Source: Alphaproteobacteria bacterium (GTDB taxonomy: Bacteria; Pseudomonadota; Alphaproteobacteria; UBA828). Taken from it: a DNA stretch of 64,000 nucleotides. The notes below the pieces were generated by a model. It ran no database searches, was not told the DNA's origin, and saw only the letters and a program-made list of their open reading frames with translations. A program made the translations under genes and the position numbers. Where the stretch lies: contig CBDCQT010000010.1 of assembly GCA_965220745.1 (NCBI GenBank), positions 576,001 through 640,000 of the forward strand, given 5' to 3'. Shown piece by piece: positions 19,503 through 29,630 of the stretch (position 1 is the stretch's first letter; each line of letters starts with the position of its first letter).

Positions 19503-21809
19503 TCAGACCCGCGCCGCGCGGAGGCGGAGCGCATTGCCGATGACCGAGACCGAGGAGAGGCTCATCACGGCGGCGGCGATCATCGGCGAGAGCAAGATGC
19601 CGAACGGGGGAAACAGCACGCCCGCGGCAATGGGGATGGCGGCGGCGTTATAGACGAAGGCGAGGAAGAGGTTCTGGCGCACGTTGCCCATGGTCGCCCG
19701 TGCCAGCCTGCGGGCGCGAACGATGCCGCGCAGGTCGCCCTTGACCAGGGTGATGCCGGCGCTCTCCATCGCGATGTCGGCGCCGGTGCCCAAGGCGATG
19801 CCGACATCGGCCAGGGCCAGCGCCGGCGCGTCGTTCACCCCGTCGCCGGCCATGGCGACGGTCCGGCCCTGTTGGCGGAACTGCTCGACCAGCGCGCCCT
19901 TCTCTTCCGGCCCGAGCGCGGCGTGCACCTCTTCGATGCCGAGCGCGGCGGCGACGATCCCGGCGACGCGCGGGCTGTCGCCGGTCGCCATGACGACGCG
20001 CAGGCCCATCGCCTCCAGGGCGCGCAGGGCCTCGGGCGCGGTCTCCCGCACCGTGTCGGCGACCCCGATAACGCCTGCGAGCACGCCGTCCACCGCGACG
20101 TACATCGCGGTCTTGCCGGCATCCTCCAACGCTTCTGCCTCGTCTGCTTGTTCGCCGAGCGGGATATCCAGTGCTTTCATCATGGCGGCATTGCCGAGTG
20201 CGACCCCGCGGCCCTCGACTTGCCCGTGCACGCCCCGGCCGGCCACGGACTCCACGTCGCTTGCCGCAAGATAGGGCGCGCCTGCCGCGTCTGCCGCCTC
20301 GACGACCGCTTCGGCGAGGGGGTGCTGGGCACTTCGTTCGAGCGCTGCCGCGAGCGCGAGCAGCCTCGTCCGATCGACGGCGCCCACCGGGATCACATCG
20401 GTCACGGCGGGCCGGCCTTCGGTGAGCGTGCCGGTCTTGTCGACGACGAGCAGGTCCGCCTTGGCGAGACGCTCCAGCGCCTCGGCGTCGCGCACCAGCA
20501 CGCCGGCCTGGGCGCCGCGCCCGGCGGCCACCATGATCGACATCGGCGTCGCCAGCCCGAGCGCGCAGGGGCAAGCGATGATCAGCACGCTCACGGCTGC
20601 GGTCAGGGCGTAGGCCAGCGCAGGCGAGGGTCCGGCCACCGCCCAGCCGATCGCTGCCAGCACGGCGACGGCGACCACGGCCGGCACGAAGACGCCGGCG
20701 ACCCGGTCCGCCAGCGCCTGGATCGGCGCGCGGCTGCGCTGCGCCTTTGCCACGAGGGCGACGATACGGGCGAGCGTGGTTTCCGCACCGACGCGCTCCG
20801 CCCGCATCACCAGGCTGCCGGACCTGGCGAGCGTGCCGCCGGTGAGCGGATCGCCGGGCCCTTTCTCCACCGGGATCGGCTCGCCGGTAATCATGCTTTC
20901 GTCGAGGGTGGCGCGGCCCTCTGTCACCACGCCATCCACGGGCACGCTCTCGCCAGGCCGCACGCGGAGCCGATCGCCGACGCGAACGGCGTCGAGCGGC
21001 ACGTCGGATTCGCCCCCGTCATCCAATCGGCGTGCCGTCTTCGGTGCGAGACCCATGAGCGCGCGGATCGCATCGCCCGTCCGCTCACGGGCAACTGTTT
21101 CCATCACCTGACCGACCAGCACGAGCACGAGGATTACGGCGGCGGCCTCGAAGTAGGCCGGCGGCTGCCCGCCTGCGGTGAGAACCGCTTCGGGGAAGAT
21201 GCCGGGCGCGAGCAGGCCGGCCAGGCTGAAGAGCCAGGCGGCGCCGGTGCCGAGCGCAATCAGCGTCCACATGTTGGGCGAGCGATTGCGAACCGAGGCG
21301 AGGCCGCGCAAGAAGAACGCGCGTGCGATCCAGAGCACAGGGGTAGCGAGCAGGAACTGGAGGGCGACAAGGACGCGCGGCCCGATCCAGGAGTCGAAGG
21401 GGATGCCGGCGTGGCTCCCCATCTCCAACGCGAACACGGCGGCCGCGAGCGGTGCGGCGAGCCAGAGGCGGCGGCGCAGGTCGCGCAGCTCGGGCGATGG
21501 CCCCTCCTCGGCCGCAGGCATCATCGGCTCGAGCGCCATGCCGCAGATCGGGCAATCGCCCGGCGTGGGTTGCACGATCTCGGGGTCCATCGGGCAGGTA
21601 TAGAGGCTGCCCTCGGGCGCGGGCTCCGGTGCCGGGCGTTCGCCGAGGAAATCCTCGGGCGCCGCGGCAAAGCGCTCCCGACACCGGGCGCAGCAGAAAT
21701 AGAACGTCTGCCCCTCGTGCCGCACCGTGTGGCGCGCGCCAGCGCACTCCACACTCATCCCGCAAACGGGATCGCGCGCCGTCTCCTCGACTGTCGCTAC
21801 CGGTTCCAC
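19503..21809 (-). CDS. copA: Cu(I)-translocating P1B-type ATPase with YHS and heavy-metal-binding N-terminus
   Basis: DPVCGM, YTCPM, CPICGM, TGE, CPCALGLATP, DKTGT, GDGVND, YN, MSLSS. Confidence 0.95.
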   Translation of the reverse strand: MEPVATVEETARDPVCGMSVECAGARHTVRHEGQTFYFCCARCRERFAAAPEDFLGERPAPEPAPEGSLYTCPMDPEIVQPTPGDCPICGMALEPMMPAAEEGPSPELRDLRRRLWLAAPLAAAVFALEMGSHAGIPFDSWIGPRVLVALQFLLATPVLWIARAFFLRGLASVRNRSPNMWTLIALGTGAAWLFSLAGLLAPGIFPEAVLTAGGQPPAYFEAAAVILVLVLVGQVMETVARERTGDAIRALMGLAPKTARRLDDGGESDVPLDAVRVGDRLRVRPGESVPVDGVVTEGRATLDESMITGEPIPVEKGPGDPLTGGTLARSGSLVMRAERVGAETTLARIVALVAKAQRSRAPIQALADRVAGVFVPAVVAVAVLAAIGWAVAGPSPALAYALTAAVSVLIIACPCALGLATPMSIMVAAGRGAQAGVLVRDAEALERLAKADLLVVDKTGTLTEGRPAVTDVIPVGAVDRTRLLALAAALERSAQHPLAEAVVEAADAAGAPYLAASDVESVAGRGVHGQVEGRGVALGNAAMMKALDIPLGEQADEAEALEDAGKTAMYVAVDGVLAGVIGVADTVRETAPEALRALEAMGLRVVMATGDSPRVAGIVAAALGIEEVHAALGPEEKGALVEQFRQQGRTVAMAGDGVNDAPALALADVGIALGTGADIAMESAGITLVKGDLRGIVRARRLARATMGNVRQNLFLAFVYNAAAIPIAAGVLFPPFGILLSPMIAAAVMSLSSVSVIGNALRLRAARV

Positions 21810-21840
21810 CGCAAACCCCTTGTGGACTTCGTCACTCAGG

Positions 21841-21871
21841 AATGTAGGGTTTCCAGTAACTGGAAGGTCAA
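21841..21871 (-). promoter_or_regulatory. CueR-type promoter/operator for copA
   Basis: Minus strand TTGACC-19 bp-TACATT containing the dyad TTCCAGT-T-ACTGGAA. Confidence 0.85.
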
Positions 21872-21883
21872 GGAGCGCGGCTC

Positions 21884-21914
21884 TTGACCTTCCCGCAGCA
21901 GGAACCTTTATGAG
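21884..21914 (+). promoter_or_regulatory. CueR-type promoter/operator for cueR-cytochrome c
   Basis: TTGACC-19 bp-TATGAG containing ACCTTCC-N7-GGAACCT. Confidence 0.75.
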
Positions 21915-21930
21915 TGTCGCGGAGGTGGCC

Positions 21931-22335
21931 ATGAAGATAGCCGACGTCGCGCAAGCGAGCGGGCTCTCGGCAAAGACGATCCGCTACTACGAGGACATCG
22001 GCTTGGTGCGGCCGGCGCGGGGCACGAACGGCTACCGCGCGTTCGTCGAAACCGACGTGCACAAGCTGACCTTCCTCGCCCGCGCACGCTCCCTCGGGTT
22101 CTCGATCGAGGAGTGCCGCACGCTGCTTTCGCTCTACGAGGACCGCGCGCGTGCCAGCGCCGATGTCAAAGCGCTGGCCGAGGCCCATCTGCGCCGCATC
22201 GACCGCAAGATCGCCGAGCTCGAAGGGCTGCGCGGTACGCTCGCAACCCTCGTAGCGCGCTGCCACGGCGACGAGCGGCCCGACTGCCCCATTCTCGACG
22301 ACCTCGCAGGCCCGTCTGCGGGAGACACACAATGA
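21931..22335 (+). CDS. cueR: Cu(I)-responsive MerR-family regulator
   Basis: KTIRYYEDIGL, NGYR, CHGDERPDCPIL. Confidence 0.95.
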   Translation: MKIADVAQASGLSAKTIRYYEDIGLVRPARGTNGYRAFVETDVHKLTFLARARSLGFSIEECRTLLSLYEDRARASADVKALAEAHLRRIDRKIAELEGLRGTLATLVARCHGDERPDCPILDDLAGPSAGDTQ

Positions 22336-22814
22336 AGAAAAGACCCAATCCTCGCCGACCTCGCGGGTCCGCTTCCTCAAGCCGAACCAAGAGGAAGAAG
22401 CTGACGGACAGGCTCTACCTCGTCGTCATCGCGGCCGCGGTGGTGGTGGGCGTGGTGGGGTGGCTGCAATGGTTCGACGACGACCACGCGCAGCACGGCG
22501 ACGGACGTGCGGCACTGACCATCCCGGCCTTCACTGCCGAGGCGGAGGCCGGCCACGCGTTGTTCGAGGAGAACTGCGTGACCTGTCACGGCACCCACGC
22601 GACGGGGTCGGACCAGGGGCCGCCGCTGGTCCACCGAATCTACGAGCCCAATCACCACGGCGACATGTCGTTCCGCCTGGCTGCACGGCAGGGCGTTCGC
22701 GCCCACCACTGGAACTTCGGCGACATGCCGCCGGTCGAGAGCGTCTCGGACGGGGACGTCATCAAGATCACGCGCTACGTGCGCGAGTTGCAGAAGGCCA
22801 ACGGCATCTTCTAG
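22332..22814 (+). CDS. Membrane-anchored His-rich cytochrome c
   Basis: TM helix, CVTCH, GPPLVHRIYEPNHHGD, AHHWNFGDMP; ATGA overlap with cueR. Confidence 0.88.
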   Translation: MKKRPNPRRPRGSASSSRTKRKKLTDRLYLVVIAAAVVVGVVGWLQWFDDDHAQHGDGRAALTIPAFTAEAEAGHALFEENCVTCHGTHATGSDQGPPLVHRIYEPNHHGDMSFRLAARQGVRAHHWNFGDMPPVESVSDGDVIKITRYVRELQKANGIF

Positions 22815-23082
22815 CCCGCCTTTCTCACCAAGGTCATGGTCTGCGCGGCGCCGTCCGGCCGACAGGGTAGGAGAGGCGTGCAGCGCGATGCGGGGACATC
22901 GGGCAAACGCCTCGACGCACACTGTCGGCTGGAGAGCGCCGCCCTTCGGGTCGCGCCCAGGCGCCCGCCCGCGGCGTCGCGGGCCTCAACCGTATTCCCT
23001 GATACGCTTTTCGGCCCGCTCCTGGCGGATCGAACGCCTGGGCGCGACGCAGGCCGTGACCTTGGTGAGAAATGCGGGCTAG
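22811..23082. mobile_element. MITE-like non-autonomous element with 35-bp terminal inverted repeats
   Basis: 22811-22845 vs reverse complement of 23048-23082 match at 32/35 positions; both ends CTAG; no transposase. Confidence 0.75.
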
Positions 23083-23197
23083 AGCCGGTACAGGGCGAGT
23101 GCTTTTTTCGCGACGCGACAGGGACCAGACAGTCGAACTCGGGCCGGCGGTGATAACATTCATCTGGTGCAAAGATGCTAACGACGAGGACAGGACA

Positions 23198-23710
23198 ATG
23201 ACGAAGCTGATTGCAGTCACCATTCTTGTGGCCGGCATGGCATTGGCCGCGACGTCCCAGATGGCGAGCGCGGCAGATCAGGCGAGTGCCGCGATGAAGA
23301 ACGCAGCCGGGGACTCCGTAGGCGCGGTCACACTGCGTGAGACGCCGCAGGGCACGCTGTTGCACGCGAAGTTGGAGAACCTCCCGGCCGGCGCTCACGC
23401 CTTCCATATCCACGCTGTCGGCAAGTGCGAGCCCCCCTTCAAGTCGGCGGGCGGTCACTTCAATCCGACGGGCGCGAAGCACGGGATTGACAATGCCGAG
23501 GGGATGCACGTGGGCGATATGCCCAACATCCACGTGCCGGAGTCGGGCGCGCTGGAAATCGAGGTGCTGAACACGCAGTTGCGGCTGGATGCCTCGCTCT
23601 TCGACGAGGACGGCGCGGCGATCGTGATTCACGACGGCCCCGATGACTACGTGTCCGATCCTGCGGGCGCGGCCGGGCCACGCATCGCCTGCGGCGTCAT
23701 CACCCAGTAG
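23198..23710 (+). CDS. sodC: Periplasmic Cu/Zn superoxide dismutase
   Basis: Signal peptide, HAFHIH, SAGGHFNP, HVGDMPN, IH..PDDY, RIACGVI. Confidence 0.95.
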   Translation: MTKLIAVTILVAGMALAATSQMASAADQASAAMKNAAGDSVGAVTLRETPQGTLLHAKLENLPAGAHAFHIHAVGKCEPPFKSAGGHFNPTGAKHGIDNAEGMHVGDMPNIHVPESGALEIEVLNTQLRLDASLFDEDGAAIVIHDGPDDYVSDPAGAAGPRIACGVITQ

Positions 23711-23815
23711 CGCTGCCCGAGAGTCGCGGAGAGTCAACGCACGGGCCCGGCGGCCCGGCGCCGCGGCCCTTCGCGCCGCTTGTGGTGTACACGCTGGGTC
23801 CGTTAGGACTCGGGC

Positions 23816-24892
23816 ATGAGCGAACGGGGTAATCCGGCCTTCGGCTTCACCGTGGGCCCGGTGATGCCGGCGGAGCAGGATGGCGCCGCCGGCGACCGGC
23901 AGCGCTACCGCGAGATGCTGGACGACTGTCGTTTCGGGCAGGCACTCGGTTTCGGCAGCGTCTGGGTGCTGGAGCACCACTTTACCGACTACTACCCCTC
24001 GCCCTCGCCGCTGCTCTTCCTGAGCCACGTGGCGGCGGCCTGCCCTGGCTTGGGGTTAGGCACCGCCGTCATCGTGCTGCCCTGGTACGAGCCGGTGCGG
24101 TTCGCCGAAGACCTGGCGATGCTGAGCTTGATGACCGACGCCGACCTGCATATCGGCCTCGGTCGCGGCGTGGCCCGGATCGAGTATGACGCGCGCGCCA
24201 TCGACATGGCGCACTCGCGCGAGCTCTTCCGCGAGCACTGCGAGATCGCCAAGGGGCTGCTTGACGGCGACCCCTTCCGCTACGAGGGCGCCCACGCCAC
24301 CATCCCGCGCGAGGTGTCGCCCCGACCGGGGCCGGCGCGCGATCGCATCCACCTCTACGGCGCCTGCAACAATCCCGGCACCGCCGAGCGCATGGCGGAG
24401 ATGGGCCTCGGTCTGCTCTGCACCTCGGCTTCGCCCTTCCAGCTGAACACCGACGCCATCGCCGCGTGGAAGGCGATCACCGCAGCGAAGGGCGGGCAGG
24501 CCGACGCCAACATCCCCCTCTGGGTCCACTGCTTCATCGCCGACAGCGAAGAGGAGGCGCGTGACGAGGCGATCACCTATCTCGTGGCCTTCTTCCGCGC
24601 GGTGGTCCAGCACTACGAAACCCACGCCAACCCGTGGAAGGATGTGCCGACCTACGAGCGCAACGTGCAGCAGATGGAGCGGATGGAGGCGATGGCCGAT
24701 CCCGCCAACCTGCCGCCTTTCCTCGAACACCAGCTGGTCGGCACGCCCGAGCAGGTGGCGGCCCAGGTGCGGCGCTACCGCGAGATCGGGATTACCCAGT
24801 TCGCCATCAACACGGCGCAGCCCAGCCGGCCCGCCGAAAGCCGCCATCGCTCGATGGAACGCTTCGCCCGCGAGGTGATCCCGCTGGTGTAA
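23816..24892 (+). CDS. LLM-class (luciferase-like) flavin-dependent oxidoreductase
   Basis: WVLEHHF, GLGRG, LVGTPEQV, SMERFAREVIP. Confidence 0.9.
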   Translation: MSERGNPAFGFTVGPVMPAEQDGAAGDRQRYREMLDDCRFGQALGFGSVWVLEHHFTDYYPSPSPLLFLSHVAAACPGLGLGTAVIVLPWYEPVRFAEDLAMLSLMTDADLHIGLGRGVARIEYDARAIDMAHSRELFREHCEIAKGLLDGDPFRYEGAHATIPREVSPRPGPARDRIHLYGACNNPGTAERMAEMGLGLLCTSASPFQLNTDAIAAWKAITAAKGGQADANIPLWVHCFIADSEEEARDEAITYLVAFFRAVVQHYETHANPWKDVPTYERNVQQMERMEAMADPANLPPFLEHQLVGTPEQVAAQVRRYREIGITQFAINTAQPSRPAESRHRSMERFAREVIPLV

Positions 24893-24916
24893 CCACTCCG
24901 TTTGTGAGGGACGGCG

Positions 24917-26275
24917 ATGCCACGACGGGTTGCCATTATCGGTGCGGGAGTCTCGGGACTAGGTGTGGCGTGGGCGCTGAATCGGCACCCCGATCAATTC
25001 GATTTTCGCGTGTTCGAAGCGCAGTCTCAGGTCGGCGGCAATGCCATTACGGCCGACATGCCGCAGGACGACGGGACCTCGATTCCGTTCGATATTTCCG
25101 TCACCGCGTGTATTCCCACGGTTTACCACCATATTGTTCTGTTCATGCAGCAACACGGTATCGAACTTGTCGATACCAGGTTCAGCTACAGTGTGAAGTA
25201 TCGCGGTGGCATCTATGCGCACGATTTCGACTCGGAAATCAGGCGGCAATTACAACCGGAAATCGAGAAATTCCAGAAGGTCCTGAGACGACTGAAGTGG
25301 TTTGGCCGACTCAACCGGTCCCGATCCAGACTGCTCAATGCCCTGAACCCGTACAACTACATCAGCATGGGTACTGTTCTCAACTTTGGCAGGTTTTCCG
25401 GAGATTTCCGATACAAAATACTGAAGCCCATGTTCGTCAACTTCCTGATGGCGACCAACGTGTTCGACATGCCGGCGTCTCTCTTTTCCCGATACCTGGA
25501 GTTCTTCGATATCGAGACCGCGACGCCGATGCAGACCTGGGACCGGGGCACGCGGCGCATCTACGAAAAGATGTCGGCCGAGTTTCGGGACAAGATATAC
25601 CTCGACCGACCGGTTCGAAAAGTCTATCGCCGCTCATCCGAGGTCGTCGTCGAGGACGAAAACGGAGAGACGGAGACCTTCGACGACGTCGTGTTCGCGT
25701 GCAACGCCAATCAAACGCTGATGATGCTCGACAAGCCGGCCCGTCTGGAGAGCTTTATTCTCTCTTCAATCCGTTACGAGAGCGAGCTGCATAATCATAC
25801 GATCGTTCATTCGGATGCCACTATTCTTCCGGACAACGAGGTTGAACCACTCGCCACCCGGAGCAACCACATCGAGCAATACGGCGCGAGGCCCGACAAT
25901 TACGAAATCACCTACATCATGCACAACCAGCAGCCTTGGGCGAAACGATCCGACAAGCCGTGCCTGGTGACCTACAATCCGATCAGCTGCATCGACGAAG
26001 GAAAGATCGTCAAAAGGTGGTGGTTTCAGCACATCGTCCACGATGTGCGTCACGTGGCTCTTCTGATCCACCTGTTCCGCTTCATTCAGGGCAAGCGGCG
26101 CTCGTGGCACTGTGGCGCCCATACTCTGATCAACAGCCAGGAGACCTGTTTCGTCTCCGGCCTGGTGACGGCGAGACAGTTGGGTGCGGACTATCCGTTT
26201 CAGGATTCCGAGGCACGGAAGTGGTTCAACTTCTACGGGCGCATGATGTACGGCAGGCGCCTGAGGAAGGCGTGA
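24917..26275 (+). CDS. FAD-dependent oxidoreductase (amine oxidase-like NAD/FAD-binding family)
   Basis: AIIGAGVSGL, FEA...GGNA, C-terminal QGKRRSWHCGA..SQE...SG. Confidence 0.85.
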   Translation: MPRRVAIIGAGVSGLGVAWALNRHPDQFDFRVFEAQSQVGGNAITADMPQDDGTSIPFDISVTACIPTVYHHIVLFMQQHGIELVDTRFSYSVKYRGGIYAHDFDSEIRRQLQPEIEKFQKVLRRLKWFGRLNRSRSRLLNALNPYNYISMGTVLNFGRFSGDFRYKILKPMFVNFLMATNVFDMPASLFSRYLEFFDIETATPMQTWDRGTRRIYEKMSAEFRDKIYLDRPVRKVYRRSSEVVVEDENGETETFDDVVFACNANQTLMMLDKPARLESFILSSIRYESELHNHTIVHSDATILPDNEVEPLATRSNHIEQYGARPDNYEITYIMHNQQPWAKRSDKPCLVTYNPISCIDEGKIVKRWWFQHIVHDVRHVALLIHLFRFIQGKRRSWHCGAHTLINSQETCFVSGLVTARQLGADYPFQDSEARKWFNFYGRMMYGRRLRKA

Positions 26276-26314
26276 ACCGGAGCACGCCCGGCGACTGACT
26301 AATGGCGGCCGCCT

Positions 26315-28405
26315 TCAGGTGCGGCCGGCGACGGCGAGAACGAAGGCGTAGGCCATCGCTACCTCCTTCAGCCGGCGGAAGCGGCCGGAGGCGCCGCCGT
26401 GGCCGGCCTCCATATTGGTATGCAGCAGCAGCGGGTTATCGTCGGTCTTGAGCCGGCGCAGCCGCGCCACCCACTTCGCCGGCTCCCAATAGGTCACGCG
26501 CGGATCGGTGAGGCCTGCGGTGGCGAAGATCGCCGGGTAGGCCTTGGCCGCCACGTTTTCGTAGGGCGCGTAGGCCGCGATGGTTCGGTAGGCGTGTTCG
26601 TCCTCGATGGGGTTGCCCCACTCCGGCCATTCCGGCGGCGTGAGCGGTAGGTCCGCGTCGCACATGGTGTTGAGCACGTCGACGAATGGCACTTCGGCCA
26701 CGATGCTGGCGAAGAGACCGGGTCGCAGGTTCGCGACCGCCCCCATCAGCATGCCGCCGGCGCTGCCGCCGTGGGCCGCGATCCGGCCCTTGGCCGTGTA
26801 GCGCTCGGCGATCAGGTGCTCGGCGGCGGCGATGAAGTCGGCGAAGGTGTTGGTCTTCTTCGTGAGCTTGCCGTCGAGATACCAGCCGTAGCCGCAATCG
26901 CTGCCTCCCCGGATGTGGGCGATGGCGTAGACGAAGCCGCGATCCACCAGGCTCAGCCGGTTGGTGGAGAACGCGGCCGGGATAGCGTGGCCGTAGGCGC
27001 CATAGCCGTAGAGAAGGAGCGGGGCGGTGCCGTCCAGCGGGGTCGTGCGGCGATGGAGCAGCGAGACCGGCACCTCGGCGCCGTCGTGGCTCAGCGCGGT
27101 CAACCGGCGGGTGACGTAATCGGCGGGGTCGTGGCCGCTCGGCACCTCCTGGGTCTTGCGCAGCGTGCGGGTGCGCGTGCGCATCTCGTAGTCGAAGGTC
27201 TGCGCCGGTGTCGTCATCGAGCTGTAGACGAAACGGACGGTCTCGGTCTCGAACTCGTAGCCGGGCAGGAGCGAGAGATCGTAGGCCTCCTCCTCGAAGG
27301 CGACGGTGTGCGCCTCGCCGGTCTCGAGATCAGTGATGACGATGCGGGGCAGGCCGCCGACCCGCTCCAGCCGCACGTGGTGGCCAGCGAAGAGAAGCTG
27401 GGCGCGTACGTAGGTGCCGGCCTCGTGGGGGAGCCAGTCCCGCCACGCCACGCGCTCCGGCGTCCCCAGCGGCGCGGTCATGATCTTGAAATCGGTCGCG
27501 CCGTCGGCGTTGGTCAGGATGTAGAGGAGGTCGCCCCGGAGGGCGACGTCGTACTCGATGCCGCGCTCGCGGGCGGCGACGAGGCGGGGTTCGGACTCGG
27601 GCGCTGCGGCCTCGATCAGATGGACCTCGGAGGTCGTGTGGTCGTGGGCCGAGATCAGGACGAAGCGTCGGTTCTCGGACTCGCCGATTCTGAGAAAGAA
27701 GCCGGGATCGGGCTCTTCGTAGACCACGGGGTCCGCCCCCGCCGCGCTGCCCACGCGATGACGGCGCACCTGGTATGGGCGGTGGTTCTCGTCGAGCACG
27801 GTGTAGAAGACGGTCTCGCCGTCGGCGGCCCAGATGACATCGCCATAGGCGTCCTCGATCGGCCCGTCGATTACCGCGCCGGAGGCGATGTCGCGGACGA
27901 AGAGGCGGTAGCGCTCCGAGCCGTTGAGGTCGAGGGTGTAGGCGAGGCGGCGGTGGTCGTGGCTGTGCTCGCAGTCCCCGACCTTGAAATAAGCCTCGCC
28001 CTCGGCCTCGCGGTTTCCGTCAAGCAGCAGCACCTCCGCCGCCTCGTCGGCGCGCGGCGCGCGGTAGAAGAGCGGATGCTCGCCGCCTTCCACGTAGCGG
28101 CGGTAGTAAGCCCACTTGCCGTCGGGCGCAGGCACCGAGGAGTCGTCCTCCTTCATGCGCCCGCGCATCTCGGCCACCAGCGCCTCCCTGAGCGCCTTGT
28201 GAGGCGCGAGGAAGGCGTCGGTGTAGGCGTTCTCGGCCTCCAGGTAGGTGCGGATATCGGGGTCGAGCGTCTCCGGCTCGCGCATTACCCGCTGCCAATC
28301 GGCATCCTTCAGCCAGGCGTAGTCGTCGCCGCGCGCGATGCCGTGCAGCGTTGCCGTGACCGGCTTTCGGAGCGCAACGGGGGGCTTGGGGTCGGACGCG
28401 GGCAT
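26315..28405 (-). CDS. ptrB: Oligopeptidase B (S9A)
   Basis: DDYAWL, YGYGAYG, GGSAGG, DPRV.YWEP, AGHGG. Confidence 0.95.
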   Translation of the reverse strand: MPASDPKPPVALRKPVTATLHGIARGDDYAWLKDADWQRVMREPETLDPDIRTYLEAENAYTDAFLAPHKALREALVAEMRGRMKEDDSSVPAPDGKWAYYRRYVEGGEHPLFYRAPRADEAAEVLLLDGNREAEGEAYFKVGDCEHSHDHRRLAYTLDLNGSERYRLFVRDIASGAVIDGPIEDAYGDVIWAADGETVFYTVLDENHRPYQVRRHRVGSAAGADPVVYEEPDPGFFLRIGESENRRFVLISAHDHTTSEVHLIEAAAPESEPRLVAARERGIEYDVALRGDLLYILTNADGATDFKIMTAPLGTPERVAWRDWLPHEAGTYVRAQLLFAGHHVRLERVGGLPRIVITDLETGEAHTVAFEEEAYDLSLLPGYEFETETVRFVYSSMTTPAQTFDYEMRTRTRTLRKTQEVPSGHDPADYVTRRLTALSHDGAEVPVSLLHRRTTPLDGTAPLLLYGYGAYGHAIPAAFSTNRLSLVDRGFVYAIAHIRGGSDCGYGWYLDGKLTKKTNTFADFIAAAEHLIAERYTAKGRIAAHGGSAGGMLMGAVANLRPGLFASIVAEVPFVDVLNTMCDADLPLTPPEWPEWGNPIEDEHAYRTIAAYAPYENVAAKAYPAIFATAGLTDPRVTYWEPAKWVARLRRLKTDDNPLLLHTNMEAGHGGASGRFRRLKEVAMAYAFVLAVAGRT

Positions 28406-28534
28406 GGGGGAGACCTTTTCGAGACGAGAGGAGATTCCTAATCCATGTGGTTTCCTGCGCCCACCCCGCAAGAGGCCATGGACATGAGAGGCCCGATCGC
28501 GGAGTCATAACGGGCAGCGGAGAGGGAGGTTGGC

Positions 28535-29545
28535 GTGGCCAAGCCCGATTACGAGCGCATCCACGACGAGGCCGTCGTGATCGACGCGGTGTGCCCGCTG
28601 ATGGTGCGCCGCGAGTACATCGACTGGTGGATCGAGGGGGGCGTCAGCGCGGCGGGCCCGACGGTCGGTGCCTTCGAGCGCGCCGGCCCCACGCTCCGGG
28701 CGCTGGGCGACTGGATTCGCGCCATCGATCAGGACCCGAGGCTCGTCCAGATCAAGCGCGCCGCCGATTTCGCGACCGCCAAGGCCGCGGGCAAGTTCGG
28801 CCTGTTCTTCCACTTCCAGGGGACCGAGCCGATCGAGGACGACCTCAACCTGATCGATGCGTACAAGGCACTGGGCGTCGGCATGATCCAGCTCGCCTAC
28901 AACGTGAAGAACCGGGTGGGCGACGGCTGCGAGGAACGAACGGACGCCGGGCTCAGCACCTTCGGCCTCAAGGTGGTCGAGCGTCTCAACGAGGCGCGCA
29001 TCGTCGTCGACTGCTCCCACACCGGCTACCGCACAACGATGGAGGCGATCGAGGCATCCTCGCGCCCCGTGGTTTTTTCCCACGCGAACCCGAAAGCAGT
29101 GCGGGAGTCGCGCCGCAACATCACCGACGAGCAGATGACGGCGGCGGCCGGAACCGGCGGCCTGGTCGGGATGGTCGGCTTCCCGTCCTTCATCAGCGCC
29201 TCGCCGAGACCGACCCTCGACGAGTTCGTCGACCACATCGACTATGCCGTCGCGCTCATCGGCGACGATCACGTCGGCCTCGGCCTCGACTACTACCGGG
29301 GGCAAGTGCCGGTGGTCGACGACGAAGAGGCCATGCGCATGTACGAGCACCGTGTCGCGACCGGCGACTGGCGGCCCGAATCCTATCCGCCGCCGCCCCA
29401 TCACTTTCCCGACGGGATCGCCACGCCGCGCGACTTTCGCAATCTGACCAGGCGCCTGCTGGAGCGCGGCTACGGCGAGCAGACGACCAAGAAGATTCTC
29501 GGTGGCAACTGGGTCAGGGTCTTCCGCGAGGTCTGGGGCGAATAG
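28535..29545 (+). CDS. Membrane dipeptidase (M19) family amidohydrolase
   Basis: QLAYN, VDCSH, FSHAN, RNITD, HVGLGLD, KILGGNW.RV. Confidence 0.9.
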   Translation: MAKPDYERIHDEAVVIDAVCPLMVRREYIDWWIEGGVSAAGPTVGAFERAGPTLRALGDWIRAIDQDPRLVQIKRAADFATAKAAGKFGLFFHFQGTEPIEDDLNLIDAYKALGVGMIQLAYNVKNRVGDGCEERTDAGLSTFGLKVVERLNEARIVVDCSHTGYRTTMEAIEASSRPVVFSHANPKAVRESRRNITDEQMTAAAGTGGLVGMVGFPSFISASPRPTLDEFVDHIDYAVALIGDDHVGLGLDYYRGQVPVVDDEEAMRMYEHRVATGDWRPESYPPPPHHFPDGIATPRDFRNLTRRLLERGYGEQTTKKILGGNWVRVFREVWGE

Positions 29546-29630
29546 CCCCCGCCGCTCGCCACAAGGAAGATTGCGGCGCTGCGGCGATTGACTAAGGTCG
29601 GGCCGCGCGACAACACGGATCGATCGAGCC

